A stretch of 64,000 nt of DNA from Curvularia clavata (GCA_023920165.1 CP089277.1:2914001-2978000); one strand, 5' to 3'. Counted from the stretch's first letter, positions 25,132 to 38,186 are shown. Made by a program: numbers and translations. Notes: generated from the letters alone by a model not told the origin.

Positions 25132-26826
25132 CTATGCCCATACGCCAAGTGTCCAGCTAGCCCTTTCTCCGCCTTTGTTGGTCAATCCAGGACCCATGCT
25201 CTGTCGCTGGGCAATAACTGATACTTCCTTTTCACGGGATGCACCGTACAAACCATCTTTCAGGTATCTTTCACGCTCAACCTCGACGATGCCCTTGATA
25301 CGCTGCTGAGCAACAAGGCTTGCACCTGCCCATGCACCCAACGTTTCAACGCCTCTAACAACACCGCCGACTAAACTTGAAGGTGGCGGACCATTACGAA
25401 GGGCCGTCTGGGCCAACTTGGTGTCTATAGCATCTAGTTCAGGTGATTGGAACGCTGCTGGAATCGATTGGTCTGGGTCATCCTGATCACGAGAAAACGC
25501 CACGCCATCCTTGCCTTCTTTATGACGCAACTCTATTTCCCGGTGGTTGCGGAGCTTTTCTTCTCGGAGAGCGCTTGCTTTCCCATAGCTCTTAACGGGA
25601 TCCCAGCCCTTTGCTTGCACCAATGCATCCAGCTCTTTCAGTATACGAGTTTTGATCCCAGGAAGGTTCGACACACCGCCTGTGATGATTATGCGTGACA
25701 TGCATAGTCGACGGACGTCTATAGGGAGGTGTACGAGGGTGCGGTATATGAGGTGGTGCAACGGGAGGTCTTCATCATCGAATTCGCTAATGGACATGTC
25801 TGGTGCAAAGAGAGCAGTGTCTGTAGGCTTGGCGAGTGCCGCAAAAGATATCGTAAGGTCGGTAGGTGGGGTATGTTTTGGAAAGGGGATTGTAACGGTG
25901 GGCGGTGGCGACTCGACGGCGTCTTCGAATTCTTCGAGCACAGGTGCTTCGCGCGCGGGGAAGTAGACAGTTCTTCGATTCGACCTAGCAATGGGTTTGC
26001 ACCATCCAACACGGGTGAGGACCTCTTCGGCTTCCTCGAACGACACGTCTGCTTTTGTTGCGCCAGGCTCAGCATTGTCTAGCTCGGTGTTCAGCAACTT
26101 GGCCATCTCTTGACTAAGCATCTTGCCTGCACGTATGCTACGCCTTTCAGACACTTCGCGATACTCATACACCGCGGTGACTAGTGTTTCTGCCCAACCG
26201 ATATCCACAACCAAGGCTGATCGCAGTCCGGCCGCTACGGCCGATAGCACGGGAGTGGACATGAGGGTGATACTGGGGGCCTGGAAGCTTGTGAAGAGCA
26301 CATCCATGAAGGTAGACATCAGAGCGTGCGGCATTCGAGGCGGCATAGCAAGTAACACACGGCGGGGCTTAGTGTCGAGTAAGAAATACTTGGTGTACGC
26401 CTCACGCATAGCCCTCTCAAATTTGTCTTCAACAAGGCCCAGGTCGAGTTTGCTCAAGTCTAAGCGGTAGAGCTCATGCTGTTCTCCCCATTCCTCGTCC
26501 TTGTTCCGCTTTGGTCTCTTCTGTGCGTATTCCGGGTCCCACTGCCTGTAGTCACCCACCCTCCGCTGATTCTCGGGCCCGAATGCGAGGGTGCATCGTG
26601 GCGCACTTTCGGCGGGAAAACCACCACGCACGAAGCGTGAGCCAACTTCAATGACGATGTACTCGTCCTCGGTGCGGTACGAGCCACCGGGAGAGCCAAA
26701 CGTGGACGAAATGGAACGAAGGATAGGTGTTCGTGGGGATTCTCCGAGGTCAGCGAGACGCGGGGCCGTCCCCCTTGTGCTGCGGCTAAGGGAGCCCGGG
26801 ACTTTGCGTTCGCCGCCAGACGACAT
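25132..26826 (-). CDS. ARP10: Actin-related dynactin subunit (Arp10/Arp11, Neurospora RO7-like)
   Basis: Likely start MSSGGERK at 26826. Actin-fold motifs IVIEVGSRFVRGGF, LVVDIGWAET, IIITGGVSNLPG and GAWAGASL, with the divergent C-terminus SWTLGVWA. No introns. Confidence 0.88.
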   Translation of the reverse strand: MSSGGERKVPGSLSRSTRGTAPRLADLGESPRTPILRSISSTFGSPGGSYRTEDEYIVIEVGSRFVRGGFPAESAPRCTLAFGPENQRRVGDYRQWDPEYAQKRPKRNKDEEWGEQHELYRLDLSKLDLGLVEDKFERAMREAYTKYFLLDTKPRRVLLAMPPRMPHALMSTFMDVLFTSFQAPSITLMSTPVLSAVAAGLRSALVVDIGWAETLVTAVYEYREVSERRSIRAGKMLSQEMAKLLNTELDNAEPGATKADVSFEEAEEVLTRVGWCKPIARSNRRTVYFPAREAPVLEEFEDAVESPPPTVTIPFPKHTPPTDLTISFAALAKPTDTALFAPDMSISEFDDEDLPLHHLIYRTLVHLPIDVRRLCMSRIIITGGVSNLPGIKTRILKELDALVQAKGWDPVKSYGKASALREEKLRNHREIELRHKEGKDGVAFSRDQDDPDQSIPAAFQSPELDAIDTKLAQTALRNGPPPSSLVGGVVRGVETLGAWAGASLVAQQRIKGIVEVERERYLKDGLYGASREKEVSVIAQRQSMGPGLTNKGGERASWTLGVWA

Positions 26827-27097
26827 GGCTGAGGGGAGGGAAAAGATGAGCAGGCATAGTACGTAGCTGGTGGTTGGCTCAGTCGCAGCGAAAGCGAGCT
26901 TGTACAATCTGGGCCTAGCGCAATTCAGGTGGTCCGAGCTCAGGAAAAAGTTCGAGCTGGGAATCTGCACGACCAGAGCTTGCGACAAACCCCATCGCGA
27001 CTTCGCACACTCCGTCCAAATCCACCACCCAGGGCAGTTGCGCTCCGCGAATCGCGAATTCCACCGGACCCCTCTCTCTTGCCCGACCACTCGCACA

Positions 27098-29004
27098 ATG
27101 GGTCTTTTCATTCTTTCGGAAACCTCGGCCGGCTATGTCCTTCTCAAGTCCAAGGACAAGAAGCTCTTGGGCGGAGACTCCAAGGACTCCTCGAGCATCG
27201 CCGAGCAGCTCAAGCTGAAGAAGTTTGCCAAATTTGGTAGCGCCGTCGATGCGCTCGAGCAAGCCGCCGCTCTCCACGATGGCAAGGTCACGCCCATGCT
27301 GTCGTCGCTGTTGAACGAGTTGAAGGACGAGACCAAGGCTACTTGTACGCCACTCCAAGAGCGTTTTGTGCAGGATGTTTAGGCTGACAATTTTCAAGTG
27401 GCCGTTGCCGACCCCAAGCTCTCCAATGCCATTGCTCAACTCCCAGGTCTTTCCCTCAAGACCGTCTCAGACTCGTCCACACAGGACGTATTCCGTGCCA
27501 TCCGCGAGAATCTGACTTCCCTTCTGCCCGACCTACTTCCTTCAGAGGAAGCCGCAACTCGCCTGGGTCTTGCCCACTCCTTGTCGCGACACAAGCTGCG
27601 ATTCTCGCCCGACAAGGTCGACACCATGATCATCCAGAGCATTGCTTCGCTCGACGTCTTGGACAAGCAGCTCAACACTTACGCTATGCGCGTCAAGGAA
27701 TGGTATGGCTGGCATTTCCCAGAGCTTGCCAAGATTCTCAACGACAACCTTGCCTACTGTAAGTCTCCAGTTGTTTTTGCGTTAACGCTTGCTAATTTCT
27801 CCAGCTCGTGTCGTTCTAAAGATGGGCTTCCGCACCAATGCTCGCCAGAGCGATCTCTCAGACATTCTGCCTGAGGAAATTGAGGTGAGTTCTTTGCGCT
27901 CTTGCGTCAGTGCGATTGCTGACTTTGGATATAGGCGGCTGTCAAGGCGGCTGCAGAAATCTCTATGGGTACCGAAATCACCGAAGAGGACTTGGAAACC
28001 ACCTCCGCTCTCGCTGAGCAGGTAGTCGACCTGACTGAGCACCGTCAAAACCTCGGCAACTACCTGTCGAGTCGCATGCAGGCTCTTGCTCCTAACCTGA
28101 CTGCTCTTGTTGGCGAGCTTGTTGGCGCGCGTCTTATTGCGCACGCCGGATCTCTTATGAACCTTGCCAAGTCGCCCGGTTCCACCATCCAGATTCTTGG
28201 TGCCGAGAAGGCCCTGTTCCGCGCGCTCAAGACGAAGCACGATACACCCAAGTATGGTGTAAGTATTCGGTCGCCATCGTAATGCTATATTTGTACTAAC
28301 TCCCCTAGCTTATTTACCACGCATCTCTTATCGGCCAAGCAACCGGAAAGAACAAGGGAAAGATTGCTCGTATGCTTGCTGCCAAGTCCGCCTTGGGTCT
28401 GCGTGTCGATGCCCTCAGCACTTGGGGCGTCTCGTCAGAGGACACATCCAAGGAGCCTACTGAGGAAGAGAAGTCCCAGATTGGTCGCGACGCACGCCTG
28501 ACCATTGAGAGGAGACTGCGCGCCCTCGAGGGCAAGCCACTGAAGAGCTTGCCCAACGCTAACCAGACAGCGCTTGGTGGACAGAAGAAGTGGGAGGTCA
28601 AGGAGGCCCGGAAGTACAACCCAGACGCCGATGGTCTGACTGGTGACGAGCCCGCTGCTGACGCCCCCAAGGCCAAGTCGGCCAAGACCAACGGCACACC
28701 CAAGAAGCTGGTACAGGAGGTTGACAGCGACGGCGATGAGGACATGGCCGATGCCGATGGCACTTCAGGGTCTGACTCTGAGCCTGAAGAGAAGGCTGCC
28801 GGAAAGGCGGACAAGGCATCCAAGAAGGCGGAGAAGGAGGCCAAGAAGGCACGAAAAGCTGAGCGGGCCGCAAAGCGTGAGGCCAAGGCAGCAAAGAAGG
28901 CAGCCAAGGAGGCAAAGAAGGAGAGCAAGGACAGCAAGAAGCGGAAAGCGGATGACGGCGAGGACAAGGCCGAGAAAAAGAAGAAGAAGAAGAGCAAGGA
29001 CTAG
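27098..29004 (+). CDS. NOP58: Box C/D snoRNP protein Nop58
   Basis: Introns 27345-27398, 27759-27804, 27885-27934, 28259-28308. Motifs [58 protein letters not shown], and a Lys/Glu-rich tail. Confidence 0.96.
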
Positions 29005-29519
29005 ATGCGCCATGAATCAGGGACAGAGAGAGTGTGTGGCCATTGTGTGTACCAGTAGCCATTTTCCCCTCTCTGACACAAAAACGGGCACCATGGCGTT
29101 TTGTTAACGGGTTTGAGCTTGTTCATGTTTGGGCGAGTGGCGCAATTCCGGGGTCTTTGGGGCATCTTCTTTTATCTGTGTAGTTATTTTTTTACACCTT
29201 TGAAAAGGGCCGTTTTTCATGTTGCATGATGTGGGATGCGATGATGCGGTGGATGGATACCCGCCAGCTGGTAGCATACAATTACATGTTTTGGAAAAAA
29301 AGTTTCTGAGTTGGTCTTGTGATTGTGATTGTGATAATGAAGTGTGTGTGGTGGAATTTTCGATCTTGTCGGTTCGTCTATCCGCTCGCTTCGTACATGG
29401 TAATATCTCCAATCTACATGCCGTTCACGACTTTCTCTCTTCTTTCCAACCAGTAGTTTCTTTCTTCTTCACAATAAGACTCACCCATCCTCTCTCTCTC
29501 TTTCATACTGTACACAACT

Positions 29520-30185
29520 TCAAACCTTGCGCTTAACCTTCCTCTTCTTCTTATTCGCCGCACCCAGCAGCTTATTCGTGATCTTAGGCATTTCCATGTC
29601 CTCAACACCCTGAGGAATCTGTGCTTCTTCCTCATCAAAGACATGCTGAATAATAGCCAGCATATCATGCAATTCGTCTTCTGTGAAGCGAGTACCTGCC
29701 TTTTTTTGTGTACTCGTTAGCGTTTGTGTGAAGAGAGAGAGAGAGAGAGAGACAAAGAAAAAGAAAAAAAAGGCCATACCTCCTCAACCACCAACTCCAG
29801 CATAACCTGCGTCGTAGGTCTCAAGTTATAAATCTGCAGGTATTCTGCCTTGTTCAATCTGTACTTTGGCGCGAGTGCTCGAAATAAGCTGTTGGGGCCC
29901 TTGTACAGCGTCATGGGTCGCTCAGGGTGCGCAGCAACCAGCGCAGACGTCGTGTAGTCTGGTGTTTGCAGATAGGCAAGGCCATCACGTAGTACGTGGG
30001 TGAGGCCAGAGGGCTTCTTACGCGTGCGGTTGGTGGAGTCGGTGCCGGTGTATTCAGCTTCTTCGGTGAGGAGGTGTAGGAGTACCTCGTGGTTGGTGAG
30101 AAGCGCGGATTGAGGGGTTTTGATCTAGGGATCATGTGAATAATTTGGTGGAGTGGTACATTTTAAGAATGAAGCTTACGTGCAT
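29520..30185 (-). CDS. RPC17: RNA polymerase III subunit C17/RPC9 (Rpb4-like HRDC family), ~176 aa
   Basis: Exons 30185-30180 (ATG CAC), 30124-29780, 29699-29520. MHIKTPQSALLTNHEVLLHL...YRLNKAEYLQIYNLRPTTQVMLELVVEEAGTRF is the family pattern. Confidence 0.85.
29732..29752. repeat. (AG)10 microsatellite in RPC17 intron
   Basis: Direct read of the dinucleotide run. Confidence 0.9.
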
Positions 30186-31009
30186 GCTGTCGATGGCGTG
30201 GTGTATCCCCCTTTGGAGAGCAGGCTGTTGGGTAGTTTGGACAAAGTCACGGGATCTCTAGAGTGCGCCGTGTACTATGTGAGTCAGTTTCATGGTCTAG
30301 TTTATTGGACGGTGTGGCTGGTTTGTAGATGGATGGGTTTGGGATGCGGATTGAGGGTTTCTGATATTGTCTTTTGATGGTCTCGATATTCTCACTAGTT
30401 GTCGATTGTACATGCATGGTGAATAGGTAGGTGCTGCCAAGCCGCAGCCAGCAAACGCACCGCCAGATGGGAGATAGCACGTACCCGCTTAGTGAAGACG
30501 ACGCTGTACGTGTATCAGAGCAAGGAAATTCTAGGCAAAATCTATGCCGCTCTTTGGTATTGGGCTGCTATCAGCTAACTCAAGGTCTACATGTTGCGTG
30601 TGGATCTGGACAGTGAGAGAAAAGGTTAGTAGAGGGCAGATTTTCGCGCTAAGGGCTTGGCATGCCTAGGGCAGTTCCACTGGAGAAAAAGAACAAGGCC
30701 CTCATGCACATCATGACGGAAGATTCATCGTTCTTCACTCTGGTCCAAAAGAATTGCAAAATATAGTCGTGAAACGTTGCTGTATTTTTTATGCGCTAAG
30801 TCGTCACAAGATATTAATATTACATGCCTTTGCCTTTTGCACTGTTCCAGACAGGTCTCGAATGCTGCTAACGCCGCGCAATGCTATGCGGAGAATGGGA
30901 TACTCGCAATGTCGTACAAGGAAATTCAGGGATGTGCAGGCTCCAACGCCCCAGCCGGTTTGCTTCGAGTTGGCCCCTCAGACCTTCCGTAAGCCCCTGC
31001 CTACATGTG

Positions 31010-32888
31010 TTATTGCTCAGCTGCATTTGCAGCCTTTGTTTTTTTGACGATGAAGATGCCGACTTCGACCCCTTTGGTCGGTGCTACGTCTTGGTATTCT
31101 CGTTTTGATACGCCGTCGAGGACGTGTTGGATGAGGGTTGCGGCACTCATTTCGCCCATGGGAAGCTTTTTTGATTTGTTGAAGTATTTCATGACGACAT
31201 CCCGCACACGAGGCTTCTCTTGTTTGATCCACCAATCGTCTGCCCATGCCGATCTTTCTAGTAGGACTTCCTCTTTTGCTGCGTGTATAACTTGGTAGAT
31301 TGCCCTCTTGTCAACTCTTGTATATCGCTCGCTCATTGCCTGGCAAAACTTCCGCACTTGGACCTCGAGGTGATCGTAATCATCCAGGTAGTTGACCGAG
31401 CTCATCTGGCCTATATCTCTTCCGAGTTCCGAGTGAAGTTCATGCACCACAGTCACAGTGCGCAACAGAGGATCGAGAATGGGGCCAAGGTACTGCCTCA
31501 TGAATGTTTTTGCGCCGGCTTTGGTTGGGTAGATGAAGAGCAAGATGCCGTTATCGCTAGAAAGTTCGATTAGGCGGTCATAGAGCAGAGATCTGCCTTG
31601 AAACGTGAACATCTCGGCGAACTCGTTGGTATTGGTGGGCGGAATATATCTCTCGACGATGGATATGTTGATGCTGCCCGGTGGAACTACAGGCCTGGGC
31701 GATGGAGGTAGCAGCTTCGAGTCGAGTTGGTAGTCGGGTATGGGAACCGCACTATCAAAGATCTTGCTGGTGAAGTAGGAGTCTCCTCCCACGGCAGGGC
31801 CTGGGGTTGAAGGTGGTGACTTTGGCAAGTCGAGGAGGGTGTAGCGTCCTGGTAGGGCATGGAATACATTGATCCACGCCGTGTGTGTTGAGGATGCGTC
31901 GTGAATGGAAGAAATGACGTCGCCAAACACATGGCCTGTTGTCGAAGGACAAGGAAGGGCATGAGAAAGGATCTTGACCGAGTCCAAGCCTAGACAGCCA
32001 GATTCATGTACTTGAAGTAATTAGTATGGTGAAGGGGAGAAACGTGAGAGGTGAAAGAGAAGGGGGCTACTTACTGATGGTGCTTTTGGCCATTTCGATC
32101 CACGCTGCCATTCCCGATACGTCGTCCTGGGGTGGGTTGTGCGTGGGCACGATGATTTGCGCTTGTGGAGGAGCCGATTCGCGAATAGGAATGCTTGGAC
32201 TGGGAGACACACCGGGATCTGAATTTGGAGGCGAGCCCAATCCAGCCGTGCGTGTATTCATAAAGGAGCCCCAATTGATGGTAGCCAGGTCCGAGTCCGA
32301 AGGAGGGGTGTGGGTAGAGAGTGAAGGACCCACGTGGGAAGCGACGGCCTTTGGACTGGTAAGGGGCGTGTGCAGGGCCGCGTCCGTGAGAGTCGAGTTG
32401 TGAGGCAACGGGCTGAGTGCATGGAGAGGATCTTCTGGCTTTGATAGTGGCCCCGCGCCTAGCGGGGAGAAGGGCAGATCAGGTTGCGCCAGAATACGAT
32501 CAGGGTGGGGCGCGGCTATGCCGAGGACGTGGAACGAGGGCAGACGCAGATTATGCTTTGATCTGGCTGCTGTTGGTGGAAGAAGCGAAAGATTACTACT
32601 TGGAGGCAGATTAAGGGTCAGATCGACATGTGGCCGGTCCTCAGTGATGGGTGTGGTGAGAGGCTGGGGTATGGCGGAAGGCAGCGGGAAGGGCTGCGGC
32701 AGGGAAGCGTCGAGCAACGACGAGGAGTCGGTGGGAACCAGAGGGCCGGAGCAAGGACCCGCCTTCACGTCTTGATCGGGCGTGAGTGGAGTGGAAGGCT
32801 GAAGGGGTTCGTGGGGGGAAGGTTGAGGGCCGGTGGGAGCATGGAGGTGGTCGACGACATGGGCCGGGGGAATGGGGATGATGGTCAT
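31010..32888 (-). CDS. Conserved-looking fungal hypothetical protein (Pro-rich N-terminus, ordered C-terminal domain)
   Basis: ATG 32888 (MTIIPIPP). Intron 32074-32011 joins the two track ORFs in frame. C-terminal part VKILSHALPCP..WINVFHA..IVERYIPP..GVEVGIFIVKK. Confidence 0.8.
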
Positions 32889-33081
32889 GGCCGACGACGA
32901 GAGCAATGTTTGCAGCAGAAGTCCAGTCCAGTCCAATCCAGTCCAGTCAGGCTATGCTTGCTGGGCGGGAGAGACAGGCGCACGGAGACGTGGCTGCAAG
33001 ATCTGGCGTCCAGGAACCAAACGCTCTAGCTCTGCTGCGGGGCGGCAATAAACGGCGCCTGTGCTGTGGGTAGGTGATGGT

Positions 33082-33114
<33 letters not shown>

Positions 33115-33150
33115 GAAGAAGACGAAGACGAAGAAGACGACGACGACGAC
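33082..33150. repeat. (AGC)10 followed by (GAA/GAC)n compound microsatellite
   Basis: Direct read; lies upstream of the 31010-32888 gene. Confidence 0.9.
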
Positions 33151-34495
33151 GGCAACGAGGGCGATGACGGCCAGGACGTAGGCGGGTGACGATGAGTGAA
33201 TGAGTGGAGCAGCCACGAGATAAGGGAGAGCGGAAGAGGCCGTTGGTGGTGCTGGTACTGGTGCAGCAGCAAGCAGCAAGCAGCGCAGCAACCGTACTGT
33301 ACCTAGCACATAGTACAGTAGAGAGCCTAGTAAGCCACGGATGAAGTGCCCGGCCCTCAGGCTGCAGTTGATGCTGCTAGTGCATTTGCAGCCCAGCGTT
33401 GCGGCAGAGTTCTAGACCACGCCCACCAAACCATGCCGACTACACAGCACATGGGCGTCTCTGCCCCCGTGTCAGCCCGGCTTTGGCATTAGCTTTGGCA
33501 TGCCAGCTCCGGCACCGTCGCCCACTCTGCCCGGCCGACTGTCTTCCTCCCTTGTGCCGTGCGCCCATACATACTTTACCCTACTATGTACGTACTTGTA
33601 CTGCGACCGGACGTGCGTGCACGGCAACGCCCACGTCCATGCTAGCGCCGCTGTCGATGCAGCATCGCATGCATGCCCGCAGCTGCAGCTCACACTAGCC
33701 TCCAACCGCCGCATCCTCTTCTGCTCTTCTGCTCTTCTGCCTCGGTGCTCCCCCCCAGCATACTACTCACACGCCTGCACCACGGCCTGACTTTCGGCTG
33801 CCCATACCTTCACCATTCCCCGTGTCCGACCACGCCCACCAAGACTGCCATGCACCCCTGTGCTGTGCTGTGCTCTGCTGTGCTGTACTGTGCTGCCCTG
33901 CCAGACGCTCCTTTGGGAAACAGGCCATGCGAGTCTAGAATGCCCGTCGACATGTCCTAGCCGAAATTAAGCGACCACATGCCTTTGTCTGTCGTTGCTT
34001 TTGCGCCCAAATCTGTCGTTGCAACTGCTTTCAAAGCGGCTCCCAGCATCCTCATATCCCATGCCCATCCTCCCCAGCTGCTAGCCCTCCAACAAGGTTC
34101 AGGCCCCGGTACTTTTGAAACCACAAACACCGTGTGGCCGAACGTGCGGCCGCTCAGGTGCTGCGCGTCAGCCGCCGTGGCACCACCTGGGAGCCCTACC
34201 AAACTCACCATCCGTAAGCGACACCCACCCTGGACATCAGTCGGCAATAAAAAAAAAGACGTTGGCCAAGTCGTACCGTTGGCTCATGTGATAACGGCCT
34301 GGCACGTCCCAATTACTGCAAGACAACACGTAAAGTTCGCATGCATTTCAACCAGAATGGACGCCTGCTTTTCGTTTGATTCGTACGTGTACGTCGATGC
34401 CATTTGGTGGCTGGTCGCTTTGCCATGTTCCTTTCTCGTCGTTTTCCCCCCTCCCCACCCACCCCCCATCTCCCATCATGTCGCCATGCAAACGC

Positions 34496-34935
34496 TTAGG
34501 TGTCAAACTGGCACGCAATTAGCCATCTTTTTCGTTTCTCTTACATACGCACATCACACTCACCTGCCACTTCTGCAGCCCTCTCTCGCGTGTCCCTCCC
34601 TTGGCTGCTCCACTCGACCGACTCGCCATCTTGGGCTCGTGCAATTTCACATACTCTTGCGCCAAAATGGGGCAGGCCTTTTTGTGTGCTTTGAAGTGCG
34701 TCTTTTGACACTCCTTGTTGCAATATGCCACGCTGTGGCACTTAATGCATTGCTTGAGCGAGTCTGGCGACTTGCCGCATTGAGCACAAGCCGTCGGTGA
34801 CACCTGACGAGAGGCTGAAGACGAGCCTTCGGATTGACTTTCTTCTTGCATTTGTGTCGATGCTGCGGCTGTGATATTGGTTGCCTCGGACTCGGCAGCG
34901 GACGCATTCTTCGTATCTGAACTCGGGTCCGCCAT
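34496..34935 (-). CDS. Small MYND-type zinc-finger protein (127 aa)
   Basis: CAQCGKSPDSLKQCIKCHSVAYCNKECQKTHFKAHKKAC. Intron 34563-34508, final exon TTT GAC ACC TAA. Confidence 0.85.
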
Positions 34936-37900
34936 CCTGTGCGCGGGATGGATCGAGATTCTTCGTCGAGACTTTCTGCCTGTTACAAGAGTTTCTCGTG
35001 TCAATGTGCGACTGTGCTGCCCACGACTGTCAAAGTTCGGTGATCAGCATTTTGCTTGCAGGGATCCTTCTTAGGCGAATAGGCTAGGGCTAATCCATCT
35101 TAGTGCCATCGGCCATCAGTCCACCGCGCCAAGAGCCAATACCAAGCGTGGCTGTTCATTGTGTACACGCAGTCAGTGAACACCCAAAGCGACGCGCCAA
35201 TCAATCCAAACAATTATATTTGATCCATCACATCTGGCCAGGAGCTGAAACCTCCAACGTCTACAGCATTCTACACCTGTGCAGAAACTTCCAAAGCAGC
35301 TGTCCAGTTTGGATGAGAATGCCCACAAGCAGACACGTTGCCCAAGCCACAATGAGGTGTGGACCTTTCGGGCTATGCTTGCCCACATCTAATCAGTTCG
35401 GGTGAATGCTCGGCAGCAACTTGGCCCGAAACTGCGGGTGGGCGCCTGAATGCCCGCGTAGCCCAAGCATAGGTGATATCCAGAATACCCCGCACATCAA
35501 GATCGCAATCACAATCACGAATTGAATGCCGGGGCGACATATCCTGATGCTATTGCCAATCGAACCAAACCTCAACTTTTCATGCCAACATGACAGTACC
35601 CTCTACATCAGCCAGTCTAAACAGCATCTTCTTGGGGGAGAGACGTCTTTTCCAAGTCGGCCCGTTGATTCCCATTCGGACAATCCTCCCAATGCCGAGT
35701 ATGCACGCGTCATGTAACAACCGGTATACAGGGAGCTTGCGAACCAGGATGATCCCTTTGCTTTCCTACACAGACTTCTACCTGCAGATGGATCTAGACT
35801 TCATGTAAATTCACACAAGAGCGACAACGTGGATAATGGGCAACTGCCATAGAATACGACCGAGCACGCTCACGTTCACAGCAAGTCAACACGAGCCAAC
35901 GTGATTGCAATTTACTCATGCCTCCACTTGTCGCAAGCTAACATGATCCGTTATCATGGTATCTGGTTTCAATCAATAGAAAGAGAGTTTTGACTGACTA
36001 GTGTTATCGATTCTTTGAGTCACAAGAGACTTTGTACTAAAAGACTATCAGCTCACCAGGGTGTCATTTGAAACTAATTGGAACTAGTAGCAACGGCTTA
36101 CGAATTCATTATAAGGTTTGCATATTCTGTATATGTTGCCTTGAGACAAGCAAGCCAGGGTAGGTTGGCCAAGCGGGGCAACAGATTCGGCAATAGTGCT
36201 ATGCAGAAGAAACGATTGCCGACGACTGTGGTGACAAAGGTGCGGAGACGTTAATGCTGTTAAAGATCTAACAATACACAGGAACAACCCCGAGCATGAC
36301 TCATTGCTTTACGCCCTCAATCTAGTAATCACAATCCAGCAACGTTACCCTGTATTCAGAAAGCTTGGTTTTGACTCAAAGGAAAAGAGCCGCCGAAGAT
36401 AAACACACTTTGGCATGTACAGCTTACTGACTCGTCAAAACGTACTGGAGCTCTACGCATCATACACGGATTAAACCAAGTACGCTTCGAGTAACAATCT
36501 CCAACTTCGCTCACGCATTACAACAAACCTGTACCTGGACTACACCATGGAGCTGACCATCACCCTCGATAAACAAAAATACAGCGCTTCTACCAAGGCT
36601 TTTGGCCAATTGAATCGTGACAAGAGTGGAATTTCCAGGCTTCGAAGATTAACTGAATCAGTCTTTGGAAATATCTGTTGGTCGTATGGATCTGAGATAT
36701 CACCAAAAAAACTGCTTCGACTTCGCCAATACCACTTTGACTATCAGACGTCCAAACAATACCTACTATATCCACATGAAAGAGCTTGATCGAAAACTCC
36801 AGATAAGGCAACTCGCACATGAATACACTTAAAGCGTCGACCAGTATCCAGCCGGGACGACAGTAGTCACGTCGACAAGGGGGTCATCCGACACACACAG
36901 GCCAGGCACAGCAAATTTCATTGACCTCTTCACCAGTGTTGAACAACAGTACCCCTTAATTGTTCAAAGGCCTTGGTCTGAGCTTAGCTGTCGTCTTCCC
37001 TTGGACCATAAAAAGTGGAGCACCCAAGTGGAGTAGAAAAAAAATCAAAAACATACGACAGCGGGGATTCGCCGGTGGTCACCCACCCGACTACTAGTCC
37101 GCCGGTCTCGAGCTTAAGTATGATTGATCGAACGGGGAATCCTGCTTTCTCGAGCCTATGGTCGTATGTGAAAGAAAGAGTTGCTGGTAATGAATATGTA
37201 GTGCTAGATTCTAGGTCACGTGACACTCGAACATCTGACAACTCGAAGACAAGACTCGTTGACAATACAAAGCCTAAGATTCCGACAGTCAGAAGGTGCT
37301 GAGCCGTTTCGTTGGAAGTGGCCTGGGTGAGGCAGGTGTCTAAGGGTGACGCTTGGCGCGAGTTCGAAATCTTCCTCGAAATATGTCACTAAACGACCAC
37401 CAGAACAAACTAACAGAGAGATATCATTGACTGATATCTCCCAGGTACATCGGACTTCAATGCAGGCAAATGCTTGAACAAAACTAGGACCGGAGTCTGG
37501 GAACGCCACGCTGCCTCATGACGCGAAGTCCGATAATCCAAGGGAACAACTGCACGATACGAACAGGCCCTTACAGACTGTGCCACTCTCTGGAACAAAG
37601 GTTTTCAAGAAAGAACATAACTGATGACCTCAACACCATGTGGTGCAAAATGATTTTGAAAACCCAGCTAGGTTGAGTAGCCCAACATGGCGCAATATTT
37701 TGAACAGATCCTAATGCTTATGGATTCTACGCCTGAGACAAGCCACAATAACAGTAGATGGTCACAGATCAGTGTGTACACGTACATTGCTGACACTCCG
37801 AAAGCCATCTCCACCAGCCGAGCCAGTCAACTTGCCCAAGATCTCAGTTCTCAACATCGCTACTCTCACATAGCTAAGCAGCGGAGATTGCAGGACTTTG

Positions 37901-38186
37901 CAAAAATTTTGGCGAGGGAATACAAGCCATAATTGGAGAGAAAAATGACTTCAGCCATCATAGTACAGCGAAGGATTCCGCACATCCAGCAAACACGACG
38001 CATATTGACGCGTTTTCCATGTAAGGAACAATGGCGGGACTCAGTACCACGTAACCCTTGATGTATCTCCTTGGGAATCTTGAAAGAGAAGCCAAAAGGG
38101 AATATATAGCTCGCATCCCTATCCAACTAACCTATCCAACCAGCATCCTCAAGTTCATTTACCAACATCCTCCTACCTCTCTAACA

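Noticed and set aside
26827..27111. Apparent overlap of the ARP10 and NOP58 ORFs in the track
   Set aside because: Artefact of ORF extension to distal or non-ATG starts. The plausible ATGs (26826 and 27098) do not overlap.
27345..28308. Intron-encoded snoRNAs in NOP58 (and RPS0)
   Set aside because: The introns are only about 46-84 nt and show no C/D or H/ACA box pairs.
32947..33309. 120-aa hydrophobic poly-Ala/Val ORF resembling a membrane peptide
   Set aside because: Starts at GTG, and its hydrophobic run is just translation of the microsatellites.
33979..34800. 273-aa plus-strand ORF
   Set aside because: No recognisable domain; partly antisense to the MYND gene.
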